64,000 nt of DNA from the human T2T-CHM13v2.0 reference genome, Homo sapiens. The notes beneath the pieces are model-generated. The model saw nothing but the letters and a program-made list of their open reading frames with translations, searched no databases and had not been told where the DNA came from. The position numbers and the translations under genes were made by a program. Below, one piece after another: positions 1 to 19,910 of this stretch; positions within the stretch are counted from its first letter, which is position 1, and each line of letters opens with the position of its first letter. The DNA is taken from assembly GCF_009914755.1 (NCBI RefSeq), contig NC_060940.1; one strand, given 5' to 3'.

Positions 1-345
1 GCAGCCAAAGCCGGGCCCCTGAGAATCAGCCCTGGGATGGTGGCTGGAACTGCCGGGAAAGAGGCGACATCGCTCCACTGGAAGCCAAGCCACAGCCTCG
101 GGCGGCCACCTTCGCCCCATCAGGGAACCCCCGTGAGTGTCCCCTGGGGAAAGCAGAGTCTGGGGGAGCACTCACAGGAAAGCAGAGCCTGGGGGAGCAC
201 TCAGAGCCCTGGCAGTCGACGACCCCTGCACCCGGTTGCAGCCCGGACTCTTTAGGATCGGAGCCGGCAAATCTCCCTCTTTGCTTAAGCCAGTTTGAGG
301 TGGGGTTCTGCCAGGTAAACCAAAAAGAAGTCTTAAGACGGCTTA
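1..345 (+). mobile_element. Ancient MaLR/ERVL LTR 3' fragment
   Basis: TTTGCTTAAGCCAGTTTGAGGTGGGGTTCTG...AAGTCTTAAGAC resembles MLT1/LTR16-type 3' ends. Confidence 0.45.
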
Positions 346-899
346 CTGGAATTCCTCACTTGGAGAGCAGCAGTGAGATCCCAGGCTGCAGGGACAAGAG
401 GGAGGAAGGCAGGGGGCAGCGGCGGGTGGGAGATGGCTCATGCTGGCTCTGGAGCTGACTTTGCAAATCTCTTCCCAACTCCACTATCGGTGACTGCACC
501 TTCAAAACTTGAACTCGGCCGTGCAGGAGTATTTGCACCATGGAAAGTGGCGAACACCACACATCACCGCTCTCGTCCCTCCACCCAGCCCCGGAAAGCC
601 AGCTGCTAGGCCTGTACCAGCATTCCCCATCCATGGACTCAGGAGGGCCGGGCTTACCTGGGACCACTTCTGAAAGGTGCACCAGCCCCAGCTTCCCTGA
701 GGACAAGGCTGAGTCACGAAGCATGGACGAGGCTGAGCTGCAGTCTGCACAGGTGGAGTTAAACAGGCCATAGCCAACTCACCCCTCACCCGAGGTCTGC
801 ACAGACCTCACCTGCAGCCAAATTACATTTGAGCACGCAGTAAAAGGATGGAAACTGATGATCCTCCTGCTCCCTCCCTTCCATTTCTTTGCTCTCAGT

Positions 900-1842
<943 letters not shown>

Positions 1843-1849
1843 ACTTTTA

Positions 1850-2400
1850 TTTGTCTGCTTGTATCAGGACTCTTGGAAGCAAGTGATAGGAACTTAAACT
1901 GATTTTAAAAAGAGGCTTATTAGTACAGGGGTTGACTTGGCTTCAGGTACAGCTACATTCAGAGGCCCCGAAATTGGCTTGGGCCTTGATTTCTCCCCCT
2001 CTTGGCTTTGCCCTCCCGTGTGGGCACTTTTTCAGGAGGGCCCTCACCTGCTGCGGGGCACAGCTGGCCTTTGCACAGCCATGGAAATAATCTCTTTAAA
2101 TACGTCCTAGAAAAAAACTCCTTGGCTCTCATTGGCCGGTCTTGAGTCACGTGCCCATGCCTGTACCAATTGCTGCAGCCAGTGACAGGGCTGTTCTGAG
2201 TGGCCACGCCCAGGTCCCCACCCACTCCTGTTTCTGGACCCCGTGAATGGGAGTCGGGGATGGGCTCGCTCCCAAGGAAAACAGGAATGTTGGACCCAGG
2301 AGGCAGGAGGATGGAAGCCCAGCCAGCAACACAGCAGATGCCCTTACAAAGCCACGGACTGGCGGGATCAGCGGCACCTGGGAGCCTGCTGGCATGAGAT
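1850..2400. mobile_element. Degenerate ancient MaLR LTR fragments (MLT1J/K-like)
   Basis: CTCATTGGCC...GAGTCACGTGCCCAT...CCAAT...GCCAG motif typical of old MLT1 elements. Confidence 0.4.
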
Positions 2401-2469
2401 TCTTGGATCTGCCTTGCACCTGCCAAGTCAGAATGTCTAGAGGAAGCACAGGTTGTGTTCCTTTGTGTG

Positions 2470-2745
2470 TTATTGTTATTATTATTATTTTTTTTTTTTT
2501 GAGAGACAGGATCTCGCTGTGTTGCCCAGGCTGGAGTTAAGTGGCACAATCCCAGGTAACTGCAGCCTCAATCTCTTGGGCTTAAGGAAGCCTCCTGCCT
2601 CAGCCTCCCGAGTAGCTGGGACCACAGGCATGCACCACCACGTCCAGCTAATTCTTTTATTTTTATTTTTGTAGAGATGCATTCTCGTTACCCTCCCGCC
2701 TTGGCCTATCACGGTGCTGGGGTTACAGGTGTGAGCCGCCGGGCC
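2470..2745 (-). mobile_element. AluJ-like
   Basis: Diverged Alu consensus with a (TTA)n/T tail. Confidence 0.85.
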
Positions 2746-3803
2746 GACAGGAGTCTGTGCTCTAACACACTCTCCAGGGGATGTTGGTGCACACTGGTGT
2801 GTGAGAACTGTTTGTCAGCCCCCCATAAAATTAGCATTTTATTCACTGATGTGAATAATATCCTCGCTAGGACCAGGTGCGGTGGGGAAGGGGAGGTTCC
2901 AGGGAAAGTTGCGAGGCTGTTCCTGAGGAGGGTGTGCCACACAGACAGGCACGCAGGTTGAGATTCTTGACCAAAAGCAGGCTTTGACTTGTGATCCTGG
3001 GGGATACTTACCATCTGCAATTGTCTTGTTTTCCAGCCTAAAGCCTGAGCCTGGGTTCCCTTGGGGATACAGAAACATCTAGATTCCAAGGCACACATGC
3101 TGCCATGAGCTGAACAGAAAATGACAAGTGTGCCCTTAAAGCACTGCAGGGATGTCCCTGCTCCACCGCCAACAGGGTTGGGGCGTGGGTTTGTTCTTGC
3201 CCTGAGGGGTGAGGGACGGGCCTCCCGTGCCGACCTCAAGGCCCACTGGACACAGCCTCCGCTGGGCTTGAGCCAGAGGCCCGTCTGGGCCCTGGGCCAG
3301 CTGCCGGCTCTCCTGGGGACCGACTGTGACCTTGGCCTCACTCACCCAGGGTGCTGGTGCTTCCTTCTCTGCATGGAGGTCAGCTCCTGATGGCCTCCTG
3401 CTGGATTTTGTGAATGTTGGATGCAGATTCTTTCTCTAAACGGTGCCTGCTCCCCAGATTCCCTTCTTTGCAGAGCACGGAGTCCCATTGGGAGGCCTCT
3501 GTGGCCTCTGGCCGAGGAGTTCCCCAAGCCTTCTTTTTCACATCTGTAAAATGGGGACTGGTTTGTATCTCCCACGACTGTTGAAAGGAAGACTGCAGTG
3601 GTGCAAGTGAAGCCCTTGGTGAGGAGAAGTGAGTTGGTGAAGGGCTACAATCTGCAGTCGGAACGGAAGCCGGCTCCTTGTACTAGGTCACTCACCCTTG
3701 GCAGTCGCCCCTTCTCTGAGCCTTCATTTGTTCTTACGTAAAATGAGGGTCCCGCAATACTCTCTCTAGTGGCTTCTGTTTTGTGCCATGCTGCTATTCA
3801 TAG

Positions 3804-4105
<302 letters not shown>

Positions 4106-4279
4106 GGCAGTGCTTTTAAAGGGGGTCTGTCCACATACCTTCCTCCTTCTAGGAGTAGTATCAGGATTCCCCTGGGGCCCCCTGTTCCCCACTGCATGAG
4201 GTCTTGGTGAGGACATTAGCCGGGTGCCTGATGCTCCACCAGCTGAGGGCTGGGTGTCAGCTCAGGGTCAGCCACCAGA

Positions 4280-4974
4280 CCCTTTGCCTTGGGAATTTAT
4301 TTTGTAAAATAACAAACAAAAGTCCAAAATAACCTTCAAAGTTTATACTTTACGACTTAGAGGAAACAAATCAGTTATTAAAATATCAGTGAGACCCACA
4401 GCCACATCTAAAAATTATCCAGGAGGAATATGAATCCCATAGCAACTCATCTGTATCCATGACAACTATTGTTCTCAAAATTACTAATACATTCACACAA
4501 ATATTAACCCAAACAATTAAAAGTTCAGGAACTATTTTTGGTTTTTCAATATTTTGAAGTGGCTGCATGAAGAATTTTTAAATAATATAACCACATTAAA
4601 ACTGAAAAGCCAATCTGAGTTGCTTCTTGGGCATTTGAACTTGGAACAGACCAACTAGGGGAGAAAAACCATTGGCAACTGAATAAATGAATGCAAAAAT
4701 CCCTGCTCCCTGGTCCCCGAAGCTGGCCTGGTTTGTGCCTCCCAAGATCTGGTTGTCCCACTTTCCCTCTTCTTCTCCGAGCTGGTCTTGTCCTTCCAAG
4801 AAGTTGCACTTTGCTTACGTTGGCTGGAGTTGGGGTTACTGCTGCTGGCACTCAGCAAGCCCCACACGGGAAGCATCCGCGGGGGTTGCAGTGGAGCCTG
4901 ATGAAGCAACCGTGAATGGCACTGAGCATACAGGCAGCGTGGCTCCTTCTCACCTTCGAAAGGAGAGAGACACA
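4280..4974 (-). other. CA5A: Candidate alternative terminal exon of CA5A in intron 2
   Basis: Two in-frame AG acceptors (exon start 4974 or 4953); reading frame open to TAG at 4655; AT-rich tail; AATAAA on the minus strand at 4296-4301. Confidence 0.45.
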
Positions 4975-5789
4975 CTGGAAGGACCAAGCCGTGGTGTTTG
5001 CGATGCACTGTGTAGGGCCTGGCACAGAGAAGAAGCTCTCACGCCCTGCCCCCAACAGCAGGTGCATTAGAGGCAGGAGCAGGCTCAGGCTGGGCCTCTA
5101 CTCTCCATGGGGTGCCTCTCCCCGGGCTCCAGGAAGGCCTGCACATACGGCTCAGCGCACTCATCCGTGGGCACCGTGCCTGCTCACTGAGGTCCCCTGT
5201 GTTGAGAATTTCTAGGCATATGCAGATTTAAGTGGCTGAAATGCAAGCACCATGTCATGACGAAGCTGGGACGCAGCTGGGCAGACCTCCCCGTGACAGC
5301 AGGAGCTGGGGAAGCCCCGGTGAGCATGTTTAGTGTAAGGAAGGTGAATGCTGCCTCCGCATGCACAGCGAGAGGGCATGAAGGTGAGCGTGGGGGCAGC
5401 GTCCCGCTTGTTGGTCCCGCTTGGATAACGCAGAAGCGTGGAAGCAGGTCCGGGCATGCTGGCAGCCATGTGGGAGTTTCTGGGCAGATGTGGTGCTGAG
5501 TGCCGGCCTGGGGTGGCCTCGATTCTCTCCCTGCAGCCTTTGCAGTGGCCATCCCTTCTCTCCCCAATCACAGAGGAAGAAAAGGAGGCTCATTTATGCC
5601 TTCAACTCTGTTCATCCGTCAATTTGCTGAGTGCCTAGGAGGCCTGGCGCATAAAATATCAAATAAGACAAAGACCTGCCCCAGCGGAGTTACATCCTCA
5701 TGGGAGCAACAGTGAGTGAGCAAGATCCCCAGGCACGTGGGACGCACCCGGGAGGAGGCAGATGGGATGCCTGCCGGAGAGGATGTGGA

Positions 5790-6290
5790 GCTGTGGCTGC
5801 GGCTGCTTTGGGGCCCCCAGGTTTGATGATTCCCCAGGAAGAGTCACTGGGTCCAGCACAGAGCCACCCTCAGAGCTAAGCTACATTCAGCAAAAGGACG
5901 CAGAGCGAGATCAGCCACGCGAAGAGGTGTCTGGGCTGTCCGGAGGGCCCCAGGCAGGAGCTTCTGGAGTCCTCACCAGGGAAGACGGACAGGACGGACT
6001 TAATTCTCCCCTAAACCAGCCGCAACACTGAACCAGTGTGACGTGTTCTGTACCAGAGGAGCTCACTAGCAACTCAGTGCCCAAGGGTTTATTGGGAGCT
6101 GTTCACATAGGCACCTGATACCCAGCACGTGGCCCAATTCCAGACTCGCAGCAGGAGGGAGAGCAGGCGTTCCGCATGAAAGCAGCTTACAGTGACACCA
6201 GCTGGTGCTGGGAAAACACCAGGTAGGACCTGGCAGCCAGTCCTGATAAAAATGCAAACATAATAGGCATAGAGAGAACCTTCCCATACC
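5790..6290. mobile_element. MER21-family LTR
   Basis: CCCCCAGGTTTGATGATTC...CTCAGTGCCCAAGGGTTTATTGGG...AATTCCAGACTC resembles the MER21C consensus as recalled. Confidence 0.65.
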
Positions 6291-6557
6291 TCAGAGCATC
6301 TGCCTGGAACTTCCGAGAATCATGGTGAAGGTTTGAAGAGATGATCCGCAGAAGCCCTTGGCCAAGCGCTGGAACCCAGTAAGGGCTTGGTGGCTTTCAG
6401 GACCTCTCAAGTCACCTCCCAGCCCACCCCGTCCCTCCACCACCGTCTCCCACCTGCATCTCCCCGGACTGCCTCCTATTTAACCCCTGCTCCCCTCCAG
6501 CCGCCTGCTCAGTCTGTCCTCACAGCAGCTGTGGGATGCATTTAAAAGGTCAGCGAG

Positions 6558-6864
6558 GGCCGGGCGCGGTGGCTCACGCCTGTAACCCCAGCACTTTGGG
6601 AGGCCAAGGTGGGCAGATCACCTGATGTCAGGGGTTCGAGAGCAGCCTGGCCAACATGGTGACATCCCATTTCTGCTAAAAATACAAAAATTAGCTGGGC
6701 ATGGTGGCAGACACCTGTAATCCCAGTTACTCAGGCTGAGGCAGGAGAATCACTTGAACCAGGAGACAGAGGTTGCAGTGAGCTGAGATTGCGCCATGGC
6801 ACTCCATCCTGAATGACAGAGCAAGACTCTGTCTCAATATAAAATAAAATAAAATAAAATAAAA
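6558..6864 (+). mobile_element. AluS-like
   Basis: GGCCGGGCGCGGTGGCTCAC start; (TAAAA)n tail. Confidence 0.92.
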
Positions 6865-7197
6865 TGTCGGCCAGGTCACTGCCTGCTGAAGCCTGCAGTG
6901 GTCTCATTTCCAGGCTCCCAATGCCCCTGCCCTGCTGTGGACCCAACTTCCTTGCAGGCCTCTGCCTAGATGATCAAGGCCAGCGTGGGCGTCCAGCCAC
7001 CGCTGCCTTCTGAGTTCCTCTTCCGACGCGCAAAGTGTTCGCATTTCAATGAGCTTGTCTCTTCCTCCCACCCGCTGCAAGGCGAGCCCCACGGGAAGGG
7101 GATTTTCTTTGCTAGGTGCACCTGTGTGCATGCAGGTGCCGGCGGTATTCTCATCTGTAAAGTGAGCACCAGGCTCCTGTCCCCTCGAGAACCTTCA

Positions 7198-8118
<921 letters not shown>

Positions 8119-8196
8119 CTACTTCCTCGAGGCTCATTTCAAACTGCTTTGATTGTCATTTTTAAAGTAAGAGCCATTAATCGAAAACAGTTCAGA

Positions 8197-8493
8197 GGTC
8201 AGGAACAGTGGCTCACGCCTGTAATCCCAGCATTTTCGGAAGCAAGGTGGGTGGATCACTTGAGGTCAGGAGTTTGAGACCAGCCTGACCAACATGGCAA
8301 AACCCCATCATTATTGAAAATATAAAAATCAGCTGGGTGTGGTGGCGGGCGCCTGTAATCCCAGGTACTCAGGAGGCTGAGGCAGGAGAATGGCGTGAAC
8401 CCAGGAGGCAGAGGTGGTAGTGAGCCGAGATCGCGCCACTGCACTCCAGCCTGGGGGACAGAGACTCTGCCTCAAAAAAAAAAAAAAAAAAAA
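8197..8493 (+). mobile_element. Alu
   Basis: Alu consensus with poly-A tail. Confidence 0.92.
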
Positions 8494-8799
8494 TGCAGAA
8501 AAGCTTATGAGTGAAGAAGCAGCTGTCCCATGATTGCACCCCCTGGTGTGTGTCTGCCCCACCTGTTCTCTGTGCAATAACCTCATGCTAAGAGAAAGCT
8601 GGATCTTTTATTTTTATTTTTCCTTAAGAGACAGGATCCTCGGGATATCCTGCTCTTGAAACCTTAGAGCACTTCCAAATACAGAGTCCCCTTGCTTGGG
8701 GATGTCACCCCAGAGGCCTGGCGTGTCCTGTGGCTCCTGTCCTCACCTTCACAGGCCTGAGCTAAACCAGTTCTTAAAAGGGATTAAATGGAATAGTGC

Positions 8800-9685
8800 G
8801 TTTTTGAGATCAGGTCTCACTGTGCCACCCAGGCTGGAGTGTAGTGGTGTCAATCACTGCAGCCTTGAACCCCTAGGCTGAATCGATCCTCCCACCTCAG
8901 CCTCCTGAGCAGCTGGGACTGCAGGTAAACACCACCATGCCTGGCTAACTTTTTCATTTTTTGTAGAGACGAGGTTTCACTATGTTGCCCAGGCTGGTCT
9001 CAAACTCCTGGCCTCAAGTGATTCTCCTGCCTGTCCCAAAGTGAGGCAGGCATCTCCCAAAGTGCTGAGATTAGAAGTGTGTACCACCACACCCGGCCAG
9101 GATTTTTTATTTTAATGAACAAGGATTTTACTGTGTATATTATCTTGTAAGTTGCCTTTTTTCATTTAACATTGTGAACTCATTTTGTGAAAAAAATATA
9201 TATATACAATTCTTTTTAATGGTGGCACGTTTCCATTGTACAGTTACGACACAATTTTTAAAATCCATTATTTGGTGATGATATTTAGGTTATTTCCAAC
9301 TTCTTGCAATTAAACAAAGCTGTGATGAAGTTGCTGTTCTTTCTCTGTATTCTCATCTGGATTATTTTCTTTTCTTTGTTTTTTTTTTTTTTTTTTTTTT
9401 TTTGAGACGGAGTCTCACTCGGTCGCCCAGGCTGCAGTGCAGTGGTGCCATCTCGGCTCACTGCACCCTGTGCCTCCCAGGTTCAAGTGGTTCTACTGCC
9501 TCAGCCTCCTGAGTAGCTCTATTACAGGCACGCGCCGCCACACCTGGCTACTTTTTTGTATTTTTTTCATAGAGACGGGGTTTCACCGTGTTAGCCAGGA
9601 TGGTCTCCATCTCCTGACCTTGTGATCCACCCGCCTCGGCCTCCCAAAGTGCTGGGATTACAGGCGTGAGCCACCGCGCCCAGCC
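8800..9685 (-). mobile_element. Two antisense Alus (AluJ 8800-9098; AluS 9370-9685)
   Basis: Alu consensus; the second has TSD TGGATTATTTTCT. Confidence 0.9.
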
Positions 9686-9758
9686 TTGGATTATTTTCTT
9701 CTTACAAATTCCTAACCACAGAATCACTAGGTCAAAGGGTGCATCCAACAGAAGTCTA

Positions 9759-10529
<771 letters not shown>

Positions 10530-11293
10530 TCAGAAGTCAGTAGAATGTACAATACATTTTTAAGTTAAAGATTGCAAAATCGCAGAATGTTTGTTCTAAA
10601 ATCGCATCTTTTCTACTCGTCAGTGTTAAAAAGCCCTATGGGAGATAAAGGTGATGATAGATAGTAGGATGGTTGTGTGCCTGTTTATTTTAATTTTCTC
10701 TCTTGGTTTTTCTCTCCCCCATCAACGTGCGTGGTAACATCTGCTAGGGGTCTGCTGTCTGTCTCATAACCAGAATCTCAGCAGGGGGTTGGTCATTTTT
10801 CTGGCCCGTGCATTCCCGTGCTCCGACAGCATCTGGCACTATGAATGTTTGTTGAATGAATAATCCCTAGTGTGGATTAACTGCCCCTGCCCCTTACAGG
10901 TGGGAAAGCAGAGGGCCGGGGGCTGGAGTCACTTTTCCAAGACATCCAGCAAGCTCGCTGCAGTCTGAACTGAGATCCTGGCCTCTGGGAGTCTCTGCTA
11001 GAGCTTCTGGCTGCTCCAGGCTGGTGTCCAGGTCTCCAGAGTGTTCCTCTGTTCTTTGTAGACCAGTGGCAAGGACCTCCCCCCTCCGGACCCTTCCCCA
11101 GTGGAACCTGAGGCCTGAATCCCATCAACATCAGACCCAGGCGCCTGGCTTCCCTATTAAAGTGGACGTGTTGTGAGGGCAGAGGATGCTGACGAGTAAA
11201 GCTGCTGTGGGCAACGGGCCCTCCCTGTCAGGCTGGGTGGGGAGGAGAGAGCGGTGGGGACTGCGGCGTGGGGACAGCACAGGGTGGTTCTGA

Positions 11294-12031
<738 letters not shown>

Positions 12032-12580
12032 TTGCCAAGTAATTTTTTAAGTTTTACACATTGTGCAGTGGGGAAGACACATCTGTGGGCCAAAACCCTG
12101 GCGGCTCTCCCCACTCACTCTCCGAGTTACCTGGCATATTATTTACCACCTTCTCCCAGTCTCAGTTTCTATATCTGCAGGAAGGAGAATAAGGGAGTAG
12201 AATCACTGCAGCTTTGCTGAGAAGATAAGCTCGCTGGCGCTGGGGAAGGCCTGGAGTGCCTTCCCACGCATGATAGACGGGGAGGATGCATTTCCCTGCC
12301 CCTGCCTTACAGCCCAGCACAACCCTGCGGTCACACACAGAACTCGCTAAGTGCCGGAAAGCAGTGACTAAGCCGGCGCTGGGAAACGGTGGGCCCTGCG
12401 GCATCCTGCAGATGCGTTCTGTTCTCTCTCACGCGATAGACAACTATGGACGCGGGAGCCGGCGGCCACAACAGGGGCCTCTGTCTGTGTGTCCTTTGTC
12501 CCAGCATCTGCTTTAATTCAGAACGACACCAGCAGCCCTGAACTTCCATTGACTGTTCTCTCCAAAGAGCCAGCTACTCA

Positions 12581-12708
12581 ACTACTTGGGAGGCTGAGGC
12601 AGGAGAATCACTTGAACTCAGGAGGTGGAGGTTGCAGTGAGCTGAGATTGCGCTATTGCACGCCAGCCTGAGCAACAAGAGGCAGACTCCGTCTAAGAAA
12701 AAAAAAAG
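12581..12708 (+). mobile_element. 5'-truncated Alu right arm
   Basis: CTACTTGGGAGGCTGAGGCAGGAGAATC...poly-A. Confidence 0.85.
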
Positions 12709-13964
12709 CCCCTTTGAGCCCTCACAAATCTCCCTTGCATCCAACGGGAAGCAGGATTGAGTGCACTCTACCCCCCCTCCCACGGCCGCTGCCTCCAGTC
12801 CTCCCTGCCGGGCAAGGGGCATTTAACATGGCTACACAGACCTGAATGTAGACAGAACCCTAAAGCCACTGATGCCACAGAGGAGGTGCTCATCTAGACC
12901 AGAGACGCAGGCTTCCCTGGCTCACAGAGACACAGGTTGTGGGAAGAGCGGGTAATTTTAGGTTCTGTTTGCTGAGCTGCACCAACGGGCCCACCAACAA
13001 TGAAACACCCGCATTGAACTCAGCGTGTGTCACCCAACAAAAGGGCTCATTGCCACCTGCACGGAGGCGACGCCACCTGGATGCTGAATAGGCTTCCAAT
13101 CTCCACACAGCCGACCCTGGTGCCCAGCAACGTAGGTGCTGTGCTAATTCCAGTAGGGCTCCAATGGGAGGCAATACAAATGTTATCCTCTTTTTCAATC
13201 AGTCAACAAATATTTACAGAGCTGCTCCTATGGGTCAAGCCCTGGCCCAGGTGCAGGGGACATGGAATCAAAGACGCCAAGTCCCCTGCCCCAGGAGGCC
13301 AGTATTTGCCCCTAATTCACACGGGCGCAGTCTGGAAGGAGACCCCATCTCCCCGATGCATTCTCAGTCTCCAGGTTTGATGGTGGTTCAGCAAATCTCA
13401 AATTCCTTCCCCCTTGACCTCCATGGGAGGAGCTATCCCCTCCCCCATTGTCACTAGGCTTGGCCACCTGGTGACCTGCTTTGACCACTGGGACATTAGC
13501 AGACATGACGTGAGCAGTAGCTTGGAATACATGGGCACCGCTGGCCTCGCCCTGTGAGTGCCTGCCCTCCGCCGTGAGAAGAACAGGCCTCAGGTGGCTG
13601 CGAAGGGAGGATGAGAGATGCAGTGAGCAGGCCTGGACCCACCCAGAGTGGGGAGCCCAGCCCAACCACGGTCAGCCCGGGGGGAGCCAAATGCAAGAAG
13701 ACTCACACACACCTGAGCAGGAAATAGCCAGTAAAATGTCCAAAAATGTGCAGCAGTGTGCTGGTTGAGGTTTAATAAGCCGTTCTCCCAGGAATTTAGA
13801 ATCTTTGATTTCTAGGGTTTGCCAATGACTGTGGTGTAAATACTTTCACCATGGCCAATTTTAAGTTACCAACGTAACGTTGCTGATCACACACTTAGGA
13901 ACAGATGGGCACTGCCAGTGCACACCCTGAAACATGACTAGAAAACATTAAATGATCCCTAAAA

Positions 13965-14264
13965 TTATTTTTTCTTAGACAGGGTCCTGCTGTGTAGCCC
14001 AGGCTGGAGTGCAGTGGCCTGATCAGGGCTCACTGCAGCCTGAAATTCCTGGGGTCAGTGATCCTCCTGCCTCAGCCTCCCAAGTAGCTGGGATGATAGG
14101 TGTGTGCCACCATGTCCAGTTAATTTTTTAATTTTTTTTTTTTTTTAGAGATGGGTTCTTGCTATGTTGCCCAGGCTGATCTTGAACTCCTGTGCTTGAG
14201 CTGTCCTCCCACATCAGCCTCCCAAAATAGTGCTGGGATTACAGGTGTGAGCCCCCATGCCTGG
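13965..14264 (-). mobile_element. AluJ-like
   Basis: Diverged Alu consensus; TSD CTAAAATTAT. Confidence 0.88.
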
Positions 14265-14866
14265 TTCTAAAATTATCACTGAGCGTTTTGTAACTCTTTG
14301 ACTTTTCTCTCAAGGCCAAACCACCAGTGATTTTTCAATAATTTTTAGTAACAATATTCTTTTTCCAAGTGAAATAATCTTCAGAATGCCCATAAATAAA
14401 ACACCGACATAGAAGGATGAATTCCTTATGATGTTCCAATCTTCTCTGCTTGGCAGAATATTCTGCTCTTTGTGGAACTCTGAAATGATTTGGCAGAGCC
14501 CTCTGTTCACTGGGAACAGATTGAGGACCATGGTGTAAATGGATTTAGGTGCCGATACAGAATATGACTCTCTCTAGCACACGATGTAAGAGGACATGTT
14601 GCCACAGTAAGAAATGGAATGCTACCTGCTGCCCACTGACAGGGAAATGCTTAAATAGACACAGGGCACCCACCGCTGCCTGTGTTAGCAACAGCAGCAG
14701 CTGGCGTCTAGCAAGGGCTTCCTGGAGCCATGTGCTGTCCCCAGCCTTTGCAGGCCCCACCTCGGACCCTTCTCCCAACGACACTGTGCCGTAAGCACCA
14801 TTATCAACCCCCTGTTACAGACGACAAAACCAAGGCTGGGGGAAGTTAAGAAAGTCACAGAGGGGA

Positions 14867-17300
<2,434 letters not shown>

Positions 17301-17614
17301 AGAAAAACTGTACGGTGGGGCTGCGTGAGCACCAGGGGATTACGCGGGAGGCGGGGGCGAGTGGATGAGAGCAGAGTCCCTGTTTCTTTCATGGGGTTGA
17401 CCGTGTGGTTTGGGGCTCCGGGACACTCAATACCAGGCACAAAGCCATGGTGTGCATGTGAGGAGGGACTGGCAGGCAGGCTCAGAAGTACAGGAATGGG
17501 ACTGGCCAAAGCGCTGCTGGGTAGACAGGCCAGGGGAGCAGGGAGCTTCTGTCCACCCACCAGGGCTCCTGAAGTCATGGAGTCCTTGCTTGCCTTAAAA
17601 TAGGTGCAATTTGA

Positions 17615-18730
<1,116 letters not shown>

Positions 18731-19194
18731 TAGCCAGGCAGCTGGTGATATTTGCAGACGCCAACCCACAAAGAACCTTCCTTTGGGTCCTTTGAGCGGC
18801 ACAGCAGTTTATTCACCCAGACACCTTTTACCTGTGAAATGGAACCCATGGGATTGGGATGCACCAGTTTGTGACTTCTTGTTGTTGTTTAAACTTACAA
18901 TCTTTTAGGGGGCAGGGCTATCATAACTTTTCATAGAATCCTGGAATCTTAGATCTAGAAAACCCTACAGAACACAGGTGTTGAAATGCGAGTCCACTTG
19001 TAGGCTCCTGAAAGCCCAAGAATCCCACTGAAATCCCCCACACAATGGATAGGGTCTGCGGCTTTCGGCCACTGCTCTGGTGGGCCCAAGAGTTTGCTTG
19101 CATTTGTTTTGAGCAACAAAAACCAAGTCTGGATGATATGTTCTCTCCTTCCCACACAGTCATGGTGGAAATGCACCCACTCTTGGGAAGTCTG

Positions 19195-19478
19195 ATTCAT
19201 TGTCATTCATTCATTGACCCACTCACTCATTCATTGACTCACTCACTCACTCATTGACTCACTCACTCATTCACTCACTCACTCACTCATTCATTCACTC
19301 ACTCATTCATTCTCTCACTCAGTCAATCATTCATTCACTCATTCATTCATTCATTCACTCACTCATTCACTCACTTATTCATTCACTCACTCATTCACTC
19401 ATTCATTCACTCATTCATTCACTCATTCACTCATTCATTCACTCATTCACTCATTCATTCATTCACTCATTAATTCAT
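19195..19478 (+). repeat. (TCAY)n compound tetranucleotide repeat
   Basis: Mixed TCAT and TCAC units over about 280 bp. Confidence 0.95.
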
Positions 19479-19910
19479 TGGCTTTTGCCTCCATTTCCTC
19501 ATCTGTAAAGTAGGGAAGATTCTAGGATTCCATCATACACGATAACACTCTGTCGAGCTGTTGTTGACACAAGTGATGTCCTTAGAGCGGCACTTTCATT
19601 GCTGCAGGCCAAGCTCCCACCCCAGGCATTGCCAGCCCCATGTGAGCAGGGGCATCTCCTGAGTACACTCACCTGGGCAGCCGATGATGCCCCACAGGCT
19701 CCTGGGGCATGTCCTCTGCCATCCTCAGCCGTCCTGCCCTCTTCAGCCTGCCCAGTTTAGGTTGACTGCGTTGCAGCAGTACCCGTGGGCTGGGGGTCTC
19801 CCTGTCTTCCTCATCTCCCTGCTGCCCCATGGCAGGACTCTGCTTTACTTACAAAATATCACCAGCCCCAGTGTATTAATCAGGGTTCTCCAGAGAGACA
19901 GAACCAATGG

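Noticed and set aside
19045-19508. His/Ser/Leu-rich ORFs (HSLIHSLTHS...)
   Set aside because: Translation of the (TCAY)n microsatellite.
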